Shown here piece by piece: positions 21,789-35,273 of a stretch of 64,000 nucleotides of DNA; positions within the stretch are counted from its first letter, which is position 1, and each line of letters begins with the position of its first letter. The stretch comes from Rhodobacterales bacterium (GTDB taxonomy: Bacteria; Pseudomonadota; Alphaproteobacteria; Rhodobacterales; Rhodobacteraceae): NCBI GenBank assembly GCA_038205925.1, contig JBBRBJ010000006.1, positions 246 to 64,245 on the forward strand, read 5' to 3'. The translations under genes and the position numbers were made by a program. Below the pieces are notes generated by a model, which worked only from the letters and a program-made list of their open reading frames with translations, did no database searches and was not told the origin of the DNA.

Positions 21789-22588
21789 CGCGCACGGCGG
21801 TGATCGCGGGGCAGGGGCGCCTGCCCGCGGCTGTGGCTGCGGCCTTGGAAGCGCCACTTGTTTGTGCGCTTGACGGGTTCGTGCCCGACGGGGTTGCACC
21901 CGACATGACCTTTCGCATCGAACGGCTGGTGCCGTTCTTTCGCGCGCTTGAAGACGCCGGGGTGACGCGCGTCACCTTTGCAGGGGCTGCACAACGCCCG
22001 CGTCTGGATCCATCGCTGTTTGATGCAGGCACGGCGCAACTGGTCCCGCGCCTGATCGCGGCGATGGGGCAGGGCGATGACGCCACCTTGCGCGTGGTGA
22101 TTGCGCTGTTCGAGGAGGCGGGCTTTGTCGTCGCGGGCACAGCCGGGATCGCACCTGCGCTGGTGCCGGGGCCGGGGCTGCTGGCAGGAGCGCTGACCGT
22201 GCAGGACCGTGCCGATGCGGCCCGCGCGGCCGCGATCGTCGCCGCGATGGGGGCGGTTGATGTGGGGCAGGCCTGCGTCGTGCAGCAGGGACTGTGTCTG
22301 GCGGTCGAGGCGCTGCCGGGCACCGATGCCATGCTGACGGGCGTTTGCGGTCTTGGCACCCTGCGCCCCGACCCGGCGCGTGGTCGGGGCTTGTTCTACA
22401 AGGCGCCAAAACCGGATCAAGACTTGCGGATTGATCTGCCCACGCTTGGCCCCGGCACCGTGGTTGCAGCGGCCAAGGCCGGCCTCGGCGGGCTCGTCTG
22501 GGCGGCGGGGGGGGTGATCTGTCTGGATCTGCCCGGAATGATCGCGTCCGCGGATCAGCACGGCCTGTTCCTATGGTCACGCGAATGA
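21785..22588 (+). CDS. lpxI: UDP-2,3-diacylglucosamine diphosphatase
   Basis: IAGQGRLP, DVGQACVV, AVEALPGTD, QDLRIDLPTLG; between lpxA and lpxB. Confidence 0.88.
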   Translation: MTRTAVIAGQGRLPAAVAAALEAPLVCALDGFVPDGVAPDMTFRIERLVPFFRALEDAGVTRVTFAGAAQRPRLDPSLFDAGTAQLVPRLIAAMGQGDDATLRVVIALFEEAGFVVAGTAGIAPALVPGPGLLAGALTVQDRADAARAAAIVAAMGAVDVGQACVVQQGLCLAVEALPGTDAMLTGVCGLGTLRPDPARGRGLFYKAPKPDQDLRIDLPTLGPGTVVAAAKAGLGGLVWAAGGVICLDLPGMIASADQHGLFLWSRE

Positions 22589-23703
22589 GCCTCTTTGTCG
22601 TCGCGGGCGAGCCTTCGGGTGATCGCTTGGGTGCTGCCCTGATGGCGGGGATGCAGACCCTTGCTCCCGGGACCCGCTTTGAAGGCGTCGGTGGCCCTTT
22701 GATGGCAGCCGAAGGGCTGACAAGCCTGTTCCCGATGGAAGAGCTTTCGGTGATGGGCATCGCCGAGGTGCTGCCCAAATATCTGCCCCTCAAACGCCGC
22801 ATCCGTCAGACCGCTGATGCCGTCGTTGCCAGCGGTGCTGAGGCCCTGATCACCATCGACAGCCCCGATTTTTGCTTGCGCGTGGCGGCCCTCGTGAAAT
22901 CTGCCCGTCCAGGGATGCGGACAATTCATTATGTGGCCCCGTCCGTTTGGGCCTGGCGCCCCGGCCGTGCCGCCCGCATGGCACGGGTCATCGACCACGT
23001 CCTTGCCCTGTTGCCGTTCGAGCCGCCCTACATGACCGCCGCCGGAATGAGCTGTGATTTCGTTGGTCATCCGGTCGTGTCCGAGCCGCTCGCCACCCCG
23101 GCAGAGCGGGCCTTGATGGCGGGCCCCGGCCCGCTGATTTTGGCGCTGCCCGGATCACGCCGGGCCGAGGTCACGCGCCTTGCCCCGATCCTTGGCCAGA
23201 CCCTTGCCCTGATCCGGCAGCGCCATGCAGTCGCCCGCGTGGCCCTGCCCACGGTGCGTGGGGTGGAACCGCTGGTGCGCACGCTGACCGCAGATTGGCC
23301 GATTTCCCCGCAAATCATCACCGACCCCGTTCTGAAACGTGGCGCCTTCGCCGTCGCCGATGTGGCCATTGCCGCCTCGGGCACGGTGTCGCTGGAACTG
23401 GCCGCAAACGCTTGCCCGATGGTCATCGCCTATGACATGCACCCGTTCAGCCTCTGGCTGATGCGCCGCGCGGCGCTGATCGACACGGTCACTCTCGTGA
23501 ACCTTGTCAGCGAAACCCGCACCGTTCCCGAGTTCATCGGGTCATCATGCCGCCCAGACCTGATCGCCCCCACCGTCCTTGCGTTGATGCACACGCGAGG
23601 GGCCGGCCAGAAGGCAGCAATGCACACGACCCTGCTCCGTCTCGGCCTTGGGGACACGCCGCCCGGTCTGCGCGCGGCCAGATCGGTTCTGGATCACCTC
23701 TAG
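22585..23703 (+). CDS. lpxB: lipid-A-disaccharide synthase
   Basis: VAGEPSGD, IDSPDF, YVAPSVWAWR, LPGSR, ASGTVSLE. Confidence 0.96.
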   Translation: MSLFVVAGEPSGDRLGAALMAGMQTLAPGTRFEGVGGPLMAAEGLTSLFPMEELSVMGIAEVLPKYLPLKRRIRQTADAVVASGAEALITIDSPDFCLRVAALVKSARPGMRTIHYVAPSVWAWRPGRAARMARVIDHVLALLPFEPPYMTAAGMSCDFVGHPVVSEPLATPAERALMAGPGPLILALPGSRRAEVTRLAPILGQTLALIRQRHAVARVALPTVRGVEPLVRTLTADWPISPQIITDPVLKRGAFAVADVAIAASGTVSLELAANACPMVIAYDMHPFSLWLMRRAALIDTVTLVNLVSETRTVPEFIGSSCRPDLIAPTVLALMHTRGAGQKAAMHTTLLRLGLGDTPPGLRAARSVLDHL

Positions 23704-23733
23704 CTGCCGTGACCTGCAGAAAACCGGCCCGCT

Positions 23734-24870
23734 TCAGCGCCCCCGCCAGACCCAGCCGCCGCCCAGAACGCGGCTTCCCTCGGGCGCGTAGAACACACAG
23801 GCCTGACCCGCGCTGACACCGTCTTCGGGGTCCAGCAACACAACCTCGGCTTCCGTCGCGGAAAGGGGCCGGATCACCGCCGGCCGCGCCGGGCGGGTCG
23901 AGCGGACCTTGACCCGCACCTGCCATTCGGCCGCCGATGCAAAGGGCGCATCGCCCAGCCAGTTGATCTCACGCACCGGCACCAGGCGCGTGGCGAGCGC
24001 GGCCTTTGGCCCGACGATCACCCGGCGCGTTTCAGGCTCCAGACGCACCACATACAGCGGATCGCCAAGCCCCCCGATTCCCAGACCCTTGCGCTGGCCG
24101 ATGGTGTAGTGAATGATACCTTGGTGCGCGCCAAGCACGTTTCCGTCAATGTCGACGATCTCTCCCGGGTCGGCGGCCCCCGGGCGCAACTTTTCGATCA
24201 CTGCGGCGTAGTTGCCACCCGGTACAAAGCAGATATCCTGGCTGTCGGGCTTGTCCGCCACGGGCAGGCCAAAGCGCGCGGCCAAGGCGCGGGTCTCGGC
24301 CTTTGATCCCAGATGCCCGAGTGGAAAGCGCAGATAGGCCAGTTGCTCGGCCGTGGTCGAGAACAGAAAATAGCTCTGATCGCGGGCCGCATCGGCGGCC
24401 GCATGCAATTCGGGGCCAGACGCCCCGATCTTGCGCTGAATATAGTGCCCCGTCGCCATGCAATCGGCATCCAGATCGCGCGCGGTAGCCAGCAGGTCCT
24501 TGAACTTCACGCGCTCATTGCAGCGGATGCACGGCACGGGAGTCGCCCCAGCCAGGTAGGCATCGGCGAAATCCTCCATCACCGCCGCGCGGAAGGTGTT
24601 TTCGTAATCCAGAACGTAATGCGCAAACCCCATGGTTTCCGCCACCCGGCGCGCATCATGAATATCACGCCCCGCACAGCACGCGCCCTTTTTCGCCAGC
24701 GCCGCACCGTGGTCATAAAGCTGCAGCGTGACGCCGACCACGTCATAGCCTTCCTCGGCCAGCACCGCCGCCACGACCGAACTGTCCACGCCGCCCGACA
24801 TGGCCACCACCACCCGCGTGGCAGACGGCGGCTTTGGCAGCCCCAGCGAATTCAGCGGGTGGTCAAGCAT
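23734..24870 (-). CDS. mnmA: tRNA 2-thiouridylase
   Basis: [33 protein letters not shown]. Confidence 0.96.
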   Translation of the reverse strand: MLDHPLNSLGLPKPPSATRVVVAMSGGVDSSVVAAVLAEEGYDVVGVTLQLYDHGAALAKKGACCAGRDIHDARRVAETMGFAHYVLDYENTFRAAVMEDFADAYLAGATPVPCIRCNERVKFKDLLATARDLDADCMATGHYIQRKIGASGPELHAAADAARDQSYFLFSTTAEQLAYLRFPLGHLGSKAETRALAARFGLPVADKPDSQDICFVPGGNYAAVIEKLRPGAADPGEIVDIDGNVLGAHQGIIHYTIGQRKGLGIGGLGDPLYVVRLEPETRRVIVGPKAALATRLVPVREINWLGDAPFASAAEWQVRVKVRSTRPARPAVIRPLSATEAEVVLLDPEDGVSAGQACVFYAPEGSRVLGGGWVWRGR

Positions 24871-25013
24871 GGTGTGGCCTTTCAAGGGTCGTGCGCAATA
24901 TAAGAAAATGCGCGATACTCTCAACCCCACAAGCGCCGACTCTTTCACACAAGCTTAAGTCTGATGCCGCAGGGTTTGAGTCTTGATAGCTGGACTTGCG
25001 GAAAGAAGTGGCC

Positions 25014-25292
25014 ATGTATCTCAAACGCGTTGACGGTCCGCGACAGGTAACCTTGCCTGACGGCACCATTCTGACCCGCGCCGATTTGCCCGATCCGGCC
25101 ACCCGCCGATGGGTGGCCAGCCGCAAGGCGGTTGTGGTTCGCGCAGTGGTTCACGGGTTGCTTACCCAATCCGAGGCGTTGGAGCGATACGCCTTGTCCG
25201 AGGAAGAGTTTGCGCTGTGGCGCGAGGCTGTTGAGAAACATGGCGAAAATGCTCTGAAAGTCACTGCCATTCAGAAATATAGACAACTTTAA
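25014..25292 (+). CDS. sciP: CtrA inhibitor SciP (DUF1153)
   Basis: DLPDPATRRWVASRKAVVV; directly upstream of ctrA. Confidence 0.9.
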   Translation: MYLKRVDGPRQVTLPDGTILTRADLPDPATRRWVASRKAVVVRAVVHGLLTQSEALERYALSEEEFALWREAVEKHGENALKVTAIQKYRQL

Positions 25293-25319
25293 GTTGTTTT
25301 TCCCATGCGCTCTGACACA

Positions 25320-25335
25320 GTAACCAGCGATTAAC
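25320..25335. promoter_or_regulatory. CtrA box in the ctrA promoter (autoregulation)
   Basis: GTAA-ccagcga-TTAAC; further TTAAC half-site at 25355. Confidence 0.65.
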
Positions 25336-25388
25336 CATTGGCGCTCAATAGTCATTAACGAACCTGGTCAGACGCGGAGAAATGGCAA

Positions 25389-26099
25389 ATGAGAATACTT
25401 CTGGTTGAGGACGACCCCACGACATCGCGCAGCATCGAATTGATGCTGACGCACGCCAATCTGAATGTCTATTGCACCGACATGGGCGAGGACGGGATCG
25501 ATCTGGCGAAACTTTACGATTATGATCTGATCCTGCTCGATCTGAACCTGCCCGACATGTCGGGACATGAGGTGCTGCGCCAGTTGCGCCTTGCCCGGAT
25601 CGAAACGCCCATCCTTATCCTGTCGGGCTCGGATGACACGGAAAGCAAGCTGAAGGGGTTCGGCTTTGGTGCCGATGACTACATGACCAAACCCTTCCAC
25701 CGCGAGGAACTGGTCGCCCGGATCCACGCCATTATTCGCCGCTCAAAAGGTCACAGCCAGTCGGTCATCGAAACGGGGCGGGTCAGCGTGAACCTTGACG
25801 CAAAGACCGTCGATGTCGAAGGCAAGACGGTTCATCTGACGGGCAAGGAATACCAGATGTTCGAACTTCTCAGCCTGCGCAAGGGCACGACGCTGACCAA
25901 AGAGATGTTCCTGAACCATCTCTACGGCGGGATGGATGAGCCCGAGTTGAAGATCATCGACGTGTTCATCTGCAAGCTGCGCAAAAAACTGGCCGAGGCC
26001 ACGGGGGGGCAGAACTACATTGAAACCGTCTGGGGACGCGGCTATGTGCTGCGCGATCCGGCACCTGCCGCCGCGCGCAGGCTTGCAGTTTCAGCATGA
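25389..26099 (+). CDS. ctrA: response regulator CtrA
   Basis: MRILLVEDD...LLDLNLPD; [32 protein letters not shown]. Confidence 0.97.
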   Translation: MRILLVEDDPTTSRSIELMLTHANLNVYCTDMGEDGIDLAKLYDYDLILLDLNLPDMSGHEVLRQLRLARIETPILILSGSDDTESKLKGFGFGADDYMTKPFHREELVARIHAIIRRSKGHSQSVIETGRVSVNLDAKTVDVEGKTVHLTGKEYQMFELLSLRKGTTLTKEMFLNHLYGGMDEPELKIIDVFICKLRKKLAEATGGQNYIETVWGRGYVLRDPAPAAARRLAVSA

Positions 26100-26126
26100 C
26101 TTTACCTCGGCGCGCCGGCCCCCTAA

Positions 26127-30352
<4,226 letters not shown>

Positions 30353-30357
30353 CGGAT

Positions 30358-30431
30358 GTTCCACAAAAGATCACGGAAGTTCTTAAAAAGTTCTTTACAC
30401 ATCCCGGAAATGGTGAGAACAATACGGCAAC
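30358..30431 (+). promoter_or_regulatory. cluster of three alphaproteobacterial LexA (SOS) boxes over a putative promoter
   Basis: GTTC-cacaaaa-GATC (30358-30372), perfect GTTC-ttaaaaa-GTTC (30379-30393), GAAC-aatacgg-CAAC (30417-30431); TTTACA -35-like hexamer at 30394. Confidence 0.75.
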
Positions 30432-30449
30432 ACGCAAAAGGAGGATGCC

Positions 30450-30566
30450 ATGGTTGCCCAAGTCAAGGATATCGTCGCCCGCCAGCACGTCGCGCTGATT
30501 GACGATTTGATTGGTGTCGCTGCCCTGTTTGCTGCGCTCTACGTCTGCCTTGCTTTTACGTTCTGA
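30450..30566 (+). CDS. putative 38-aa SOS-regulated membrane microprotein (not in ORF track)
   Basis: MVAQVKDIVARQHVALIDDLIGVAALFAALYVCLAFTF*; strong RBS AAGGAGG; C-terminal ~19-aa hydrophobic stretch. Confidence 0.7.
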   Translation: MVAQVKDIVARQHVALIDDLIGVAALFAALYVCLAFTF

Positions 30567-30639
30567 CTCTGCCTGCGGTCTGCTAACCGGCGCACCATCC
30601 GTCCCCAAGGGATGACCCGCGCCCCAGACACGCCACTTG

Positions 30640-30674
30640 CCGCCGCCGTCATCAGACGCGCGGCGGTTTTTTTT
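30640..30674 (+). terminator. intrinsic terminator of the small-ORF transcript
   Basis: CCGCCGC-CGTC-atca-GACG-c-GCGGCGG followed by T8. Confidence 0.8.
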
Positions 30675-30806
30675 GTCCGGCAGTCTTTCCCGCAAACCGC
30701 TACGATTGCGCCACCAACGGGAATGGATGCCGATCCTTCAGATCGGACGGTTGATCAGCGGGGATAAGCGTTATGCGCGATCACCCCGCAAGATGAAATA
30801 AACGGG

Positions 30807-31265
30807 TCAATTGCCGCTGGCGGTGTGCGCCGAAATGGCCTGTTCGGCGGCCTCAGTCGCAGCCTCGATGGCCAGCAGGATTGATGCATGGCGGTTCTTG
30901 AAGTCGCGCGCAGGGATAAGCACCTCAAAGCCGTCGAACGGGGCAGAGGGCACCGGCCCGCCCGTGGCCAACATCGCGCGCAACCCGTCACGCGCCGCGG
31001 CAAGTTCCAGCACCGTGCGCCCAAGGGCCGCCGCCCCTACCACAGCCGCCGCCGCCTGACCCAGCGCACAGGCTTTGACGTCCTGACCGAAGGCCACGAC
31101 GCGCCCGCCCTCTATCACCACGTCAACCGTCACGGTTGATCCGCACAAAGGCGATCGTTTGCGCACCGAACCCTGCGGCGACGGCAGACGCCCAAGATGC
31201 GGTATGTCGGCGGCAAGGGCCAGAATGCGGCCCGAATACAGTTTTATCAGATCACTGTCGCTCAT
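30807..31265 (-). CDS. NifU/IscU N-terminal-domain (Fe-S scaffold-like) protein
   Basis: [20 protein letters not shown] motifs; divergent from hisI. Confidence 0.8.
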   Translation of the reverse strand: MSDSDLIKLYSGRILALAADIPHLGRLPSPQGSVRKRSPLCGSTVTVDVVIEGGRVVAFGQDVKACALGQAAAAVVGAAALGRTVLELAAARDGLRAMLATGGPVPSAPFDGFEVLIPARDFKNRHASILLAIEAATEAAEQAISAHTASGN

Positions 31266-31326
31266 CGCTTTTCCCGTGTTCAGGATTAAGATAGACCTCA
31301 AGTCCCGCCCCGCCAAGGAGGATGGC

Positions 31327-31686
31327 ATGACTTTTGATCCCACCACCCTGTGCTATGATGCCCACGGCCTGATCCCCTGCATAACGCAGGACGATGCCAC
31401 GGGTGAGGTGTTGATGTTTGCATGGATGAACGCGGAAGCCGTGGCACGCACGCTTGCGACGGGGCGTGTCACCTATTGGTCGCGGTCGCGCGGCGCGCTG
31501 TGGATCAAGGGCGAGACATCGGGGCATGTGCAGCAGCTTGTGGATCTGCGGGTCGATTGTGACCGCGATTGCCTGCTGGCGCGTGTGGTTCAGACGGGTC
31601 CCGCGTGCCACACAAATCGCAGGTCCTGCTTCTACACCGCGATCCGCAATGGTGCGGAAACTGAGTTGATGGCGCCCGCGATTTAG
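31327..31686 (+). CDS. hisI: phosphoribosyl-AMP cyclohydrolase
   Basis: [30 protein letters not shown]. Confidence 0.95.
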   Translation: MTFDPTTLCYDAHGLIPCITQDDATGEVLMFAWMNAEAVARTLATGRVTYWSRSRGALWIKGETSGHVQQLVDLRVDCDRDCLLARVVQTGPACHTNRRSCFYTAIRNGAETELMAPAI

Positions 31687-31727
31687 GGAACCGCATCGGC
31701 TCCCCATGCGTTTTTCCCGGGATTGCC

Positions 31728-31758
31728 CTTGACCTTGACGCAGATCAGACCCTTATCT
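31728..31758 (+). promoter_or_regulatory. RpoH-like promoter for sodB
   Basis: CTTG-N18-CCCTTATCT. Confidence 0.4.
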
Positions 31759-31806
31759 GCCCGCAAGAGCATTTTTCGATGAAACACCCCAGAAAGGATT
31801 TTCCCC

Positions 31807-32409
31807 ATGGCTTTCACCCTTCCCGATCTGCCCTATGCCCATGATGCGCTTGCATCGCTCGGCATGTCGAAAGAGACGCTGGAGTATCACCATGACATTC
31901 ACCACAAGGCCTATGTCGACAACGGCAACAAGCTGATTGCCGGCACCGAATGGGAGGGGAAGTCGGTCGAAGACATCGTGACCGGCACCTATCAGGCGGG
32001 CTCGGTCGCACAAAACGGCATCTTCAACAACGCAAGCCAGCACTGGAATCATGCCTTGTTCTGGGAAATCATGGGCCCGGGCGAGTCGAAGGCGATGCCG
32101 ACCGAGGTGGAAACGGCGCTGACCGGGGCATTCGGCTCGGTCGCGAAGTTCAAAGAGGAATTTTCGGCGGCCGGTGCAGGGCAGTTCGGCTCGGGCTGGG
32201 CGTGGCTGGTTGTCGATCAGGATGGCGCTTTGAAGGTGACCAAGACCGAGAACGGCGTGAACCCTCTGTGCTTTGGTCACAAGGCATTGCTGGGCTGCGA
32301 TGTGTGGGAGCATTCCTACTACATCGACTTCCGCAACAAGCGCCCGGCCTATCTGACCAACTTCCTTGACAAACTGATCAACTGGGAAGCTGTCGCCGCC
32401 CGCATGTGA
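31807..32409 (+). CDS. sodB: Fe/Mn superoxide dismutase (Fe-type sequence features)
   Basis: HHDIHHKAYV, FNNASQHWNH, QFGSGWAWL, DVWEHSYY. Confidence 0.93.
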   Translation: MAFTLPDLPYAHDALASLGMSKETLEYHHDIHHKAYVDNGNKLIAGTEWEGKSVEDIVTGTYQAGSVAQNGIFNNASQHWNHALFWEIMGPGESKAMPTEVETALTGAFGSVAKFKEEFSAAGAGQFGSGWAWLVVDQDGALKVTKTENGVNPLCFGHKALLGCDVWEHSYYIDFRNKRPAYLTNFLDKLINWEAVAARM

Positions 32410-33072
32410 TCTGACCGTTCGGTCACAACACCCCGCGCCAAGGGCACCCACCCTGGCGCGGGGCAATCATTTGCGTATTTCTCTGACTTGCAAATGCTGG
32501 CATGTCAGCACAGGTATTCTTATGAAAGCATTGATTTATAAAAATCTTTGACTTGGCTATTCCCGCGTCCGGCACGTTTTGGCCATCTGCAACAGCGACA
32601 GGTGCGCGCCCGATCCATGTCCGATCACATGGGTTCAGATGTCGGATGAATGACGTGCACCAATATCTTGTTTTCAATATGCTAATGCGTTCTTCCTGAA
32701 GGCCGGTCTGTGCCCGTCAGATATGCGCTGAGTACCCCATGGTGGCCACATCCGCCGCCATAGTTGCGCGGGCCGCCTCACCCGTCAGGCCTGCTTCGCC
32801 CGCCACAGGCCCGCCGCAATCCCTGAGAGTCAATCGCTTTGCAAAGGGCCCTTGCGTCAGCCGCGAAATTGGGGTTGTTGCCGAAACATGACGCGCGAAA
32901 GACACAAGCTTGTCGAAGCGGTATCATGGTGTGCATCCATCGGCTTTTTCTTTGTATCATGTGTGGATATCGGGGTTGCTGCGCGTTAAAAAAGCGTCGG
33001 GGGACGGGGACGGGGCTAACAGGCCGTGCGCTCTGGCGGCGCGGGGTCTGGGAACAAGGACGGGTAAAGGGG

Positions 33073-35136
33073 ATGGCTGCTTGGTCTGAGATGGGGGGAG
33101 GCGCGCGCGTGGCGACGGTGGCCCTCGGTGTGGCCGGGGTGGCCGTGCTGGTCTATGGGGCGTTCAGAAACGGCGTAACTCCGGTGGCTGAGACGCCGGT
33201 GCCGGTGGCATCGGTGGCGCTGGACGCTTCTGCACCGGCTTTCGCCGCCGATGACGTTCCGGCGGCTGTGGCAGAGCCTTCTCACATGCCGGGTGCTGAC
33301 AACCCGTCGGATGCGCTTACCGCCGCTCTTCCCGATCCTGATCCTGTAGCTGTGCTTGCATCCGAGCCTGTGGCCGAACCTGTGCCCGAACCTGTGCCCG
33401 AACCTGTGCCCGAACCTGCGGCCGAACCTGTGGCCAACCCGGCACGCGATCCGGTTGCCGACCCGGTGGCCATCGCTGCCGTCGTGCCTGCGCCTGCGAT
33501 GCCACCAGACGTCACCCCCGTGGTCCCCAGTTTCGATAACTGGCGCGTCGACGCTGATGGTGTTGCAGTGGTTGCAGGCCGGGCCGAGCCGGGATCGGTG
33601 GTGACGGTTCTGGTTGATGGTGTGGCCGTCGCAAAGGCGGCCAGCACTTCGCGGGGCGAATTTGTGGCGCTGTTTACCCTGATGCCGAATGCAAACCCCA
33701 GCCTGATGACACTGCGCGCGACGCTGGCCGATGGCCGCACGCTTGCTTCTGCGCAATCGGTGGCGTTGGCGGCAATTGCCGGACCCGTCGTGGCGGCAGC
33801 CGGGCCCGATGTCGTGGCGGCAGCCGAACCCGATGTCGTGGCGGCAGCCGAGCCCGATGTCGCGGCGGCAACCGAGCCCGATGTCGTGGCGGCAGCCCCA
33901 CCTGATGGCGTGGTGGCGACCGCACCGGACAGAGACAGCCCACCCGCGATCTCAGACGTGCTGCCGGAAATTGGTGAAATCATTGCTGCGGCCGAAGGGG
34001 ATGCTGCGCCTGATGCGGTGTTGATTACCGACGAAGCCGTCAGTGTCCTTCAGGCTCCGGATGCCAGGACGGGGGCGCCCGTCAGCATTGATGCGATTGC
34101 CTATACGGCAACGGGCGATGTGCAGATTTCGGGCAAAGGCACGGCGGAACAGTTCGTGCGCCTTTACCTTGACAACGCGCCCGTGGCGACCGCGCCCGTT
34201 GGGCCTGCAGGGCTATGGTCGGTGACGCTGGATGACACGCCACCCGGCATCTACACGCTGCGCGCCGATCAGGTGGATGCGGCAGGTACGGTGACCGCCC
34301 GGTTTGAAACACCGTTCAAGCGCGAAACGCGCGAGGATTTGGCCGCATTGGTCGCGCCACCCGCCGCCGCGTCCGGGGACGAAGCACCCCAGACGGCGCC
34401 AAAGACGGTAACACAGACCTCACCCGAAACCACCGCGGCGGCGCCCCCTGATCCTATCGCCGAGGCCCCCGTGCAGATTGCGGCAGCACCTGCGCGGACC
34501 CAGACAGAAGCTGAACAGCCGCCTGCCAGGCAGGCCGCCGCCCTTGCCCCCGAAGCACCTGCCCCCGAAGCGCCTGCCTCCGACGCCATCGTCGCCGACC
34601 CCATCACCGACGACCCCATCACCGACGAAGCCATCACCGACGAAGCCATTACTGCCGAGGCCGTAGTCGCCGAAGCTCCTGCTGCGGAACCCGGCGCGCA
34701 GTTGGTCACAAAAGACGCGGCAGCGCCGGGCGGGATGGCGGACACGATCGTGGCCGATACAGCGCCCGTTGGGCCGGCGGTTGCACCGGCAAGCCCCCCG
34801 GGTGACGCCCCCCAGGCACCAGCCGATGTTGCATCCTTGCCGGTCAGCGGATCTGTTGTCACGGCTGGAAATCCCCCCGCCCCCGCCGCCATCGATGCCA
34901 CGACACCCGCAACCGGCACCCCTGCGCTGGCCGAGCCTGACGCAGAAGGGGCCCCTCCGGCGTCGCCGCCCTCGGTGTCGATCACGGTGCAGCCGGGCTA
35001 TACCCTTTGGGGCATTGCACGCCAGCAGTTGGGCGAGGGCATCTTGTATGTTCAGGTGTTCGAGGTGAACAAGGACAGGATCCGCAACCCCGACCTGATC
35101 TATCCCGGTCAGGTTTTCGTCTTGCCCACCCGCTGA
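33073..35136 (+). CDS. membrane-anchored LysM peptidoglycan-binding protein with Ig-like segments and low-complexity linkers
   Basis: N-terminal TM; C-terminal TVQPGYTLWGIA...NPDLIYPGQVFVLP. Confidence 0.88.
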   Translation: MAAWSEMGGGARVATVALGVAGVAVLVYGAFRNGVTPVAETPVPVASVALDASAPAFAADDVPAAVAEPSHMPGADNPSDALTAALPDPDPVAVLASEPVAEPVPEPVPEPVPEPAAEPVANPARDPVADPVAIAAVVPAPAMPPDVTPVVPSFDNWRVDADGVAVVAGRAEPGSVVTVLVDGVAVAKAASTSRGEFVALFTLMPNANPSLMTLRATLADGRTLASAQSVALAAIAGPVVAAAGPDVVAAAEPDVVAAAEPDVAAATEPDVVAAAPPDGVVATAPDRDSPPAISDVLPEIGEIIAAAEGDAAPDAVLITDEAVSVLQAPDARTGAPVSIDAIAYTATGDVQISGKGTAEQFVRLYLDNAPVATAPVGPAGLWSVTLDDTPPGIYTLRADQVDAAGTVTARFETPFKRETREDLAALVAPPAAASGDEAPQTAPKTVTQTSPETTAAAPPDPIAEAPVQIAAAPARTQTEAEQPPARQAAALAPEAPAPEAPASDAIVADPITDDPITDEAITDEAITAEAVVAEAPAAEPGAQLVTKDAAAPGGMADTIVADTAPVGPAVAPASPPGDAPQAPADVASLPVSGSVVTAGNPPAPAAIDATTPATGTPALAEPDAEGAPPASPPSVSITVQPGYTLWGIARQQLGEGILYVQVFEVNKDRIRNPDLIYPGQVFVLPTR
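33362..33433 (+). repeat. in-frame 12-bp tandem repeat x6 (EPV[A/P])
   Basis: CCGAACCTGTG[C/G] units. Confidence 0.9.
33787..33906 (+). repeat. in-frame 24-bp tandem repeat x5 (VVAAAEPD)
   Basis: GTCGTGGCGGCAGCCGAGCCCGAT units. Confidence 0.9.
34586..34660 (+). repeat. in-frame 15-bp tandem repeat x5 (ITDEA-like)
   Basis: CCATCACCGACGA[CC/AG] units. Confidence 0.85.
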
Positions 35137-35273
35137 GTCTGGGGCCGCCGTGCACGCATCACTGAGCACGCATCACTGTGCAGCCATCGCGGGTCAAGTC
35201 TGCCGGTATGTCGGGGGCAGGCTCTGGCCATTATGCCCGACAGGCCCTAGGTAAGGGGCGAAAAGAGGCCCCT

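Noticed and set aside
32881-32892. 12-mer CCGAAACATGAC shared with 46908-46919
   Set aside because: One 12-mer match among several kb of intergenic DNA is expected by chance
33787-33906. 24-bp repeats as a possible CRISPR array
   Set aside because: Head-to-tail with no spacers, in frame within a CDS, no cas genes
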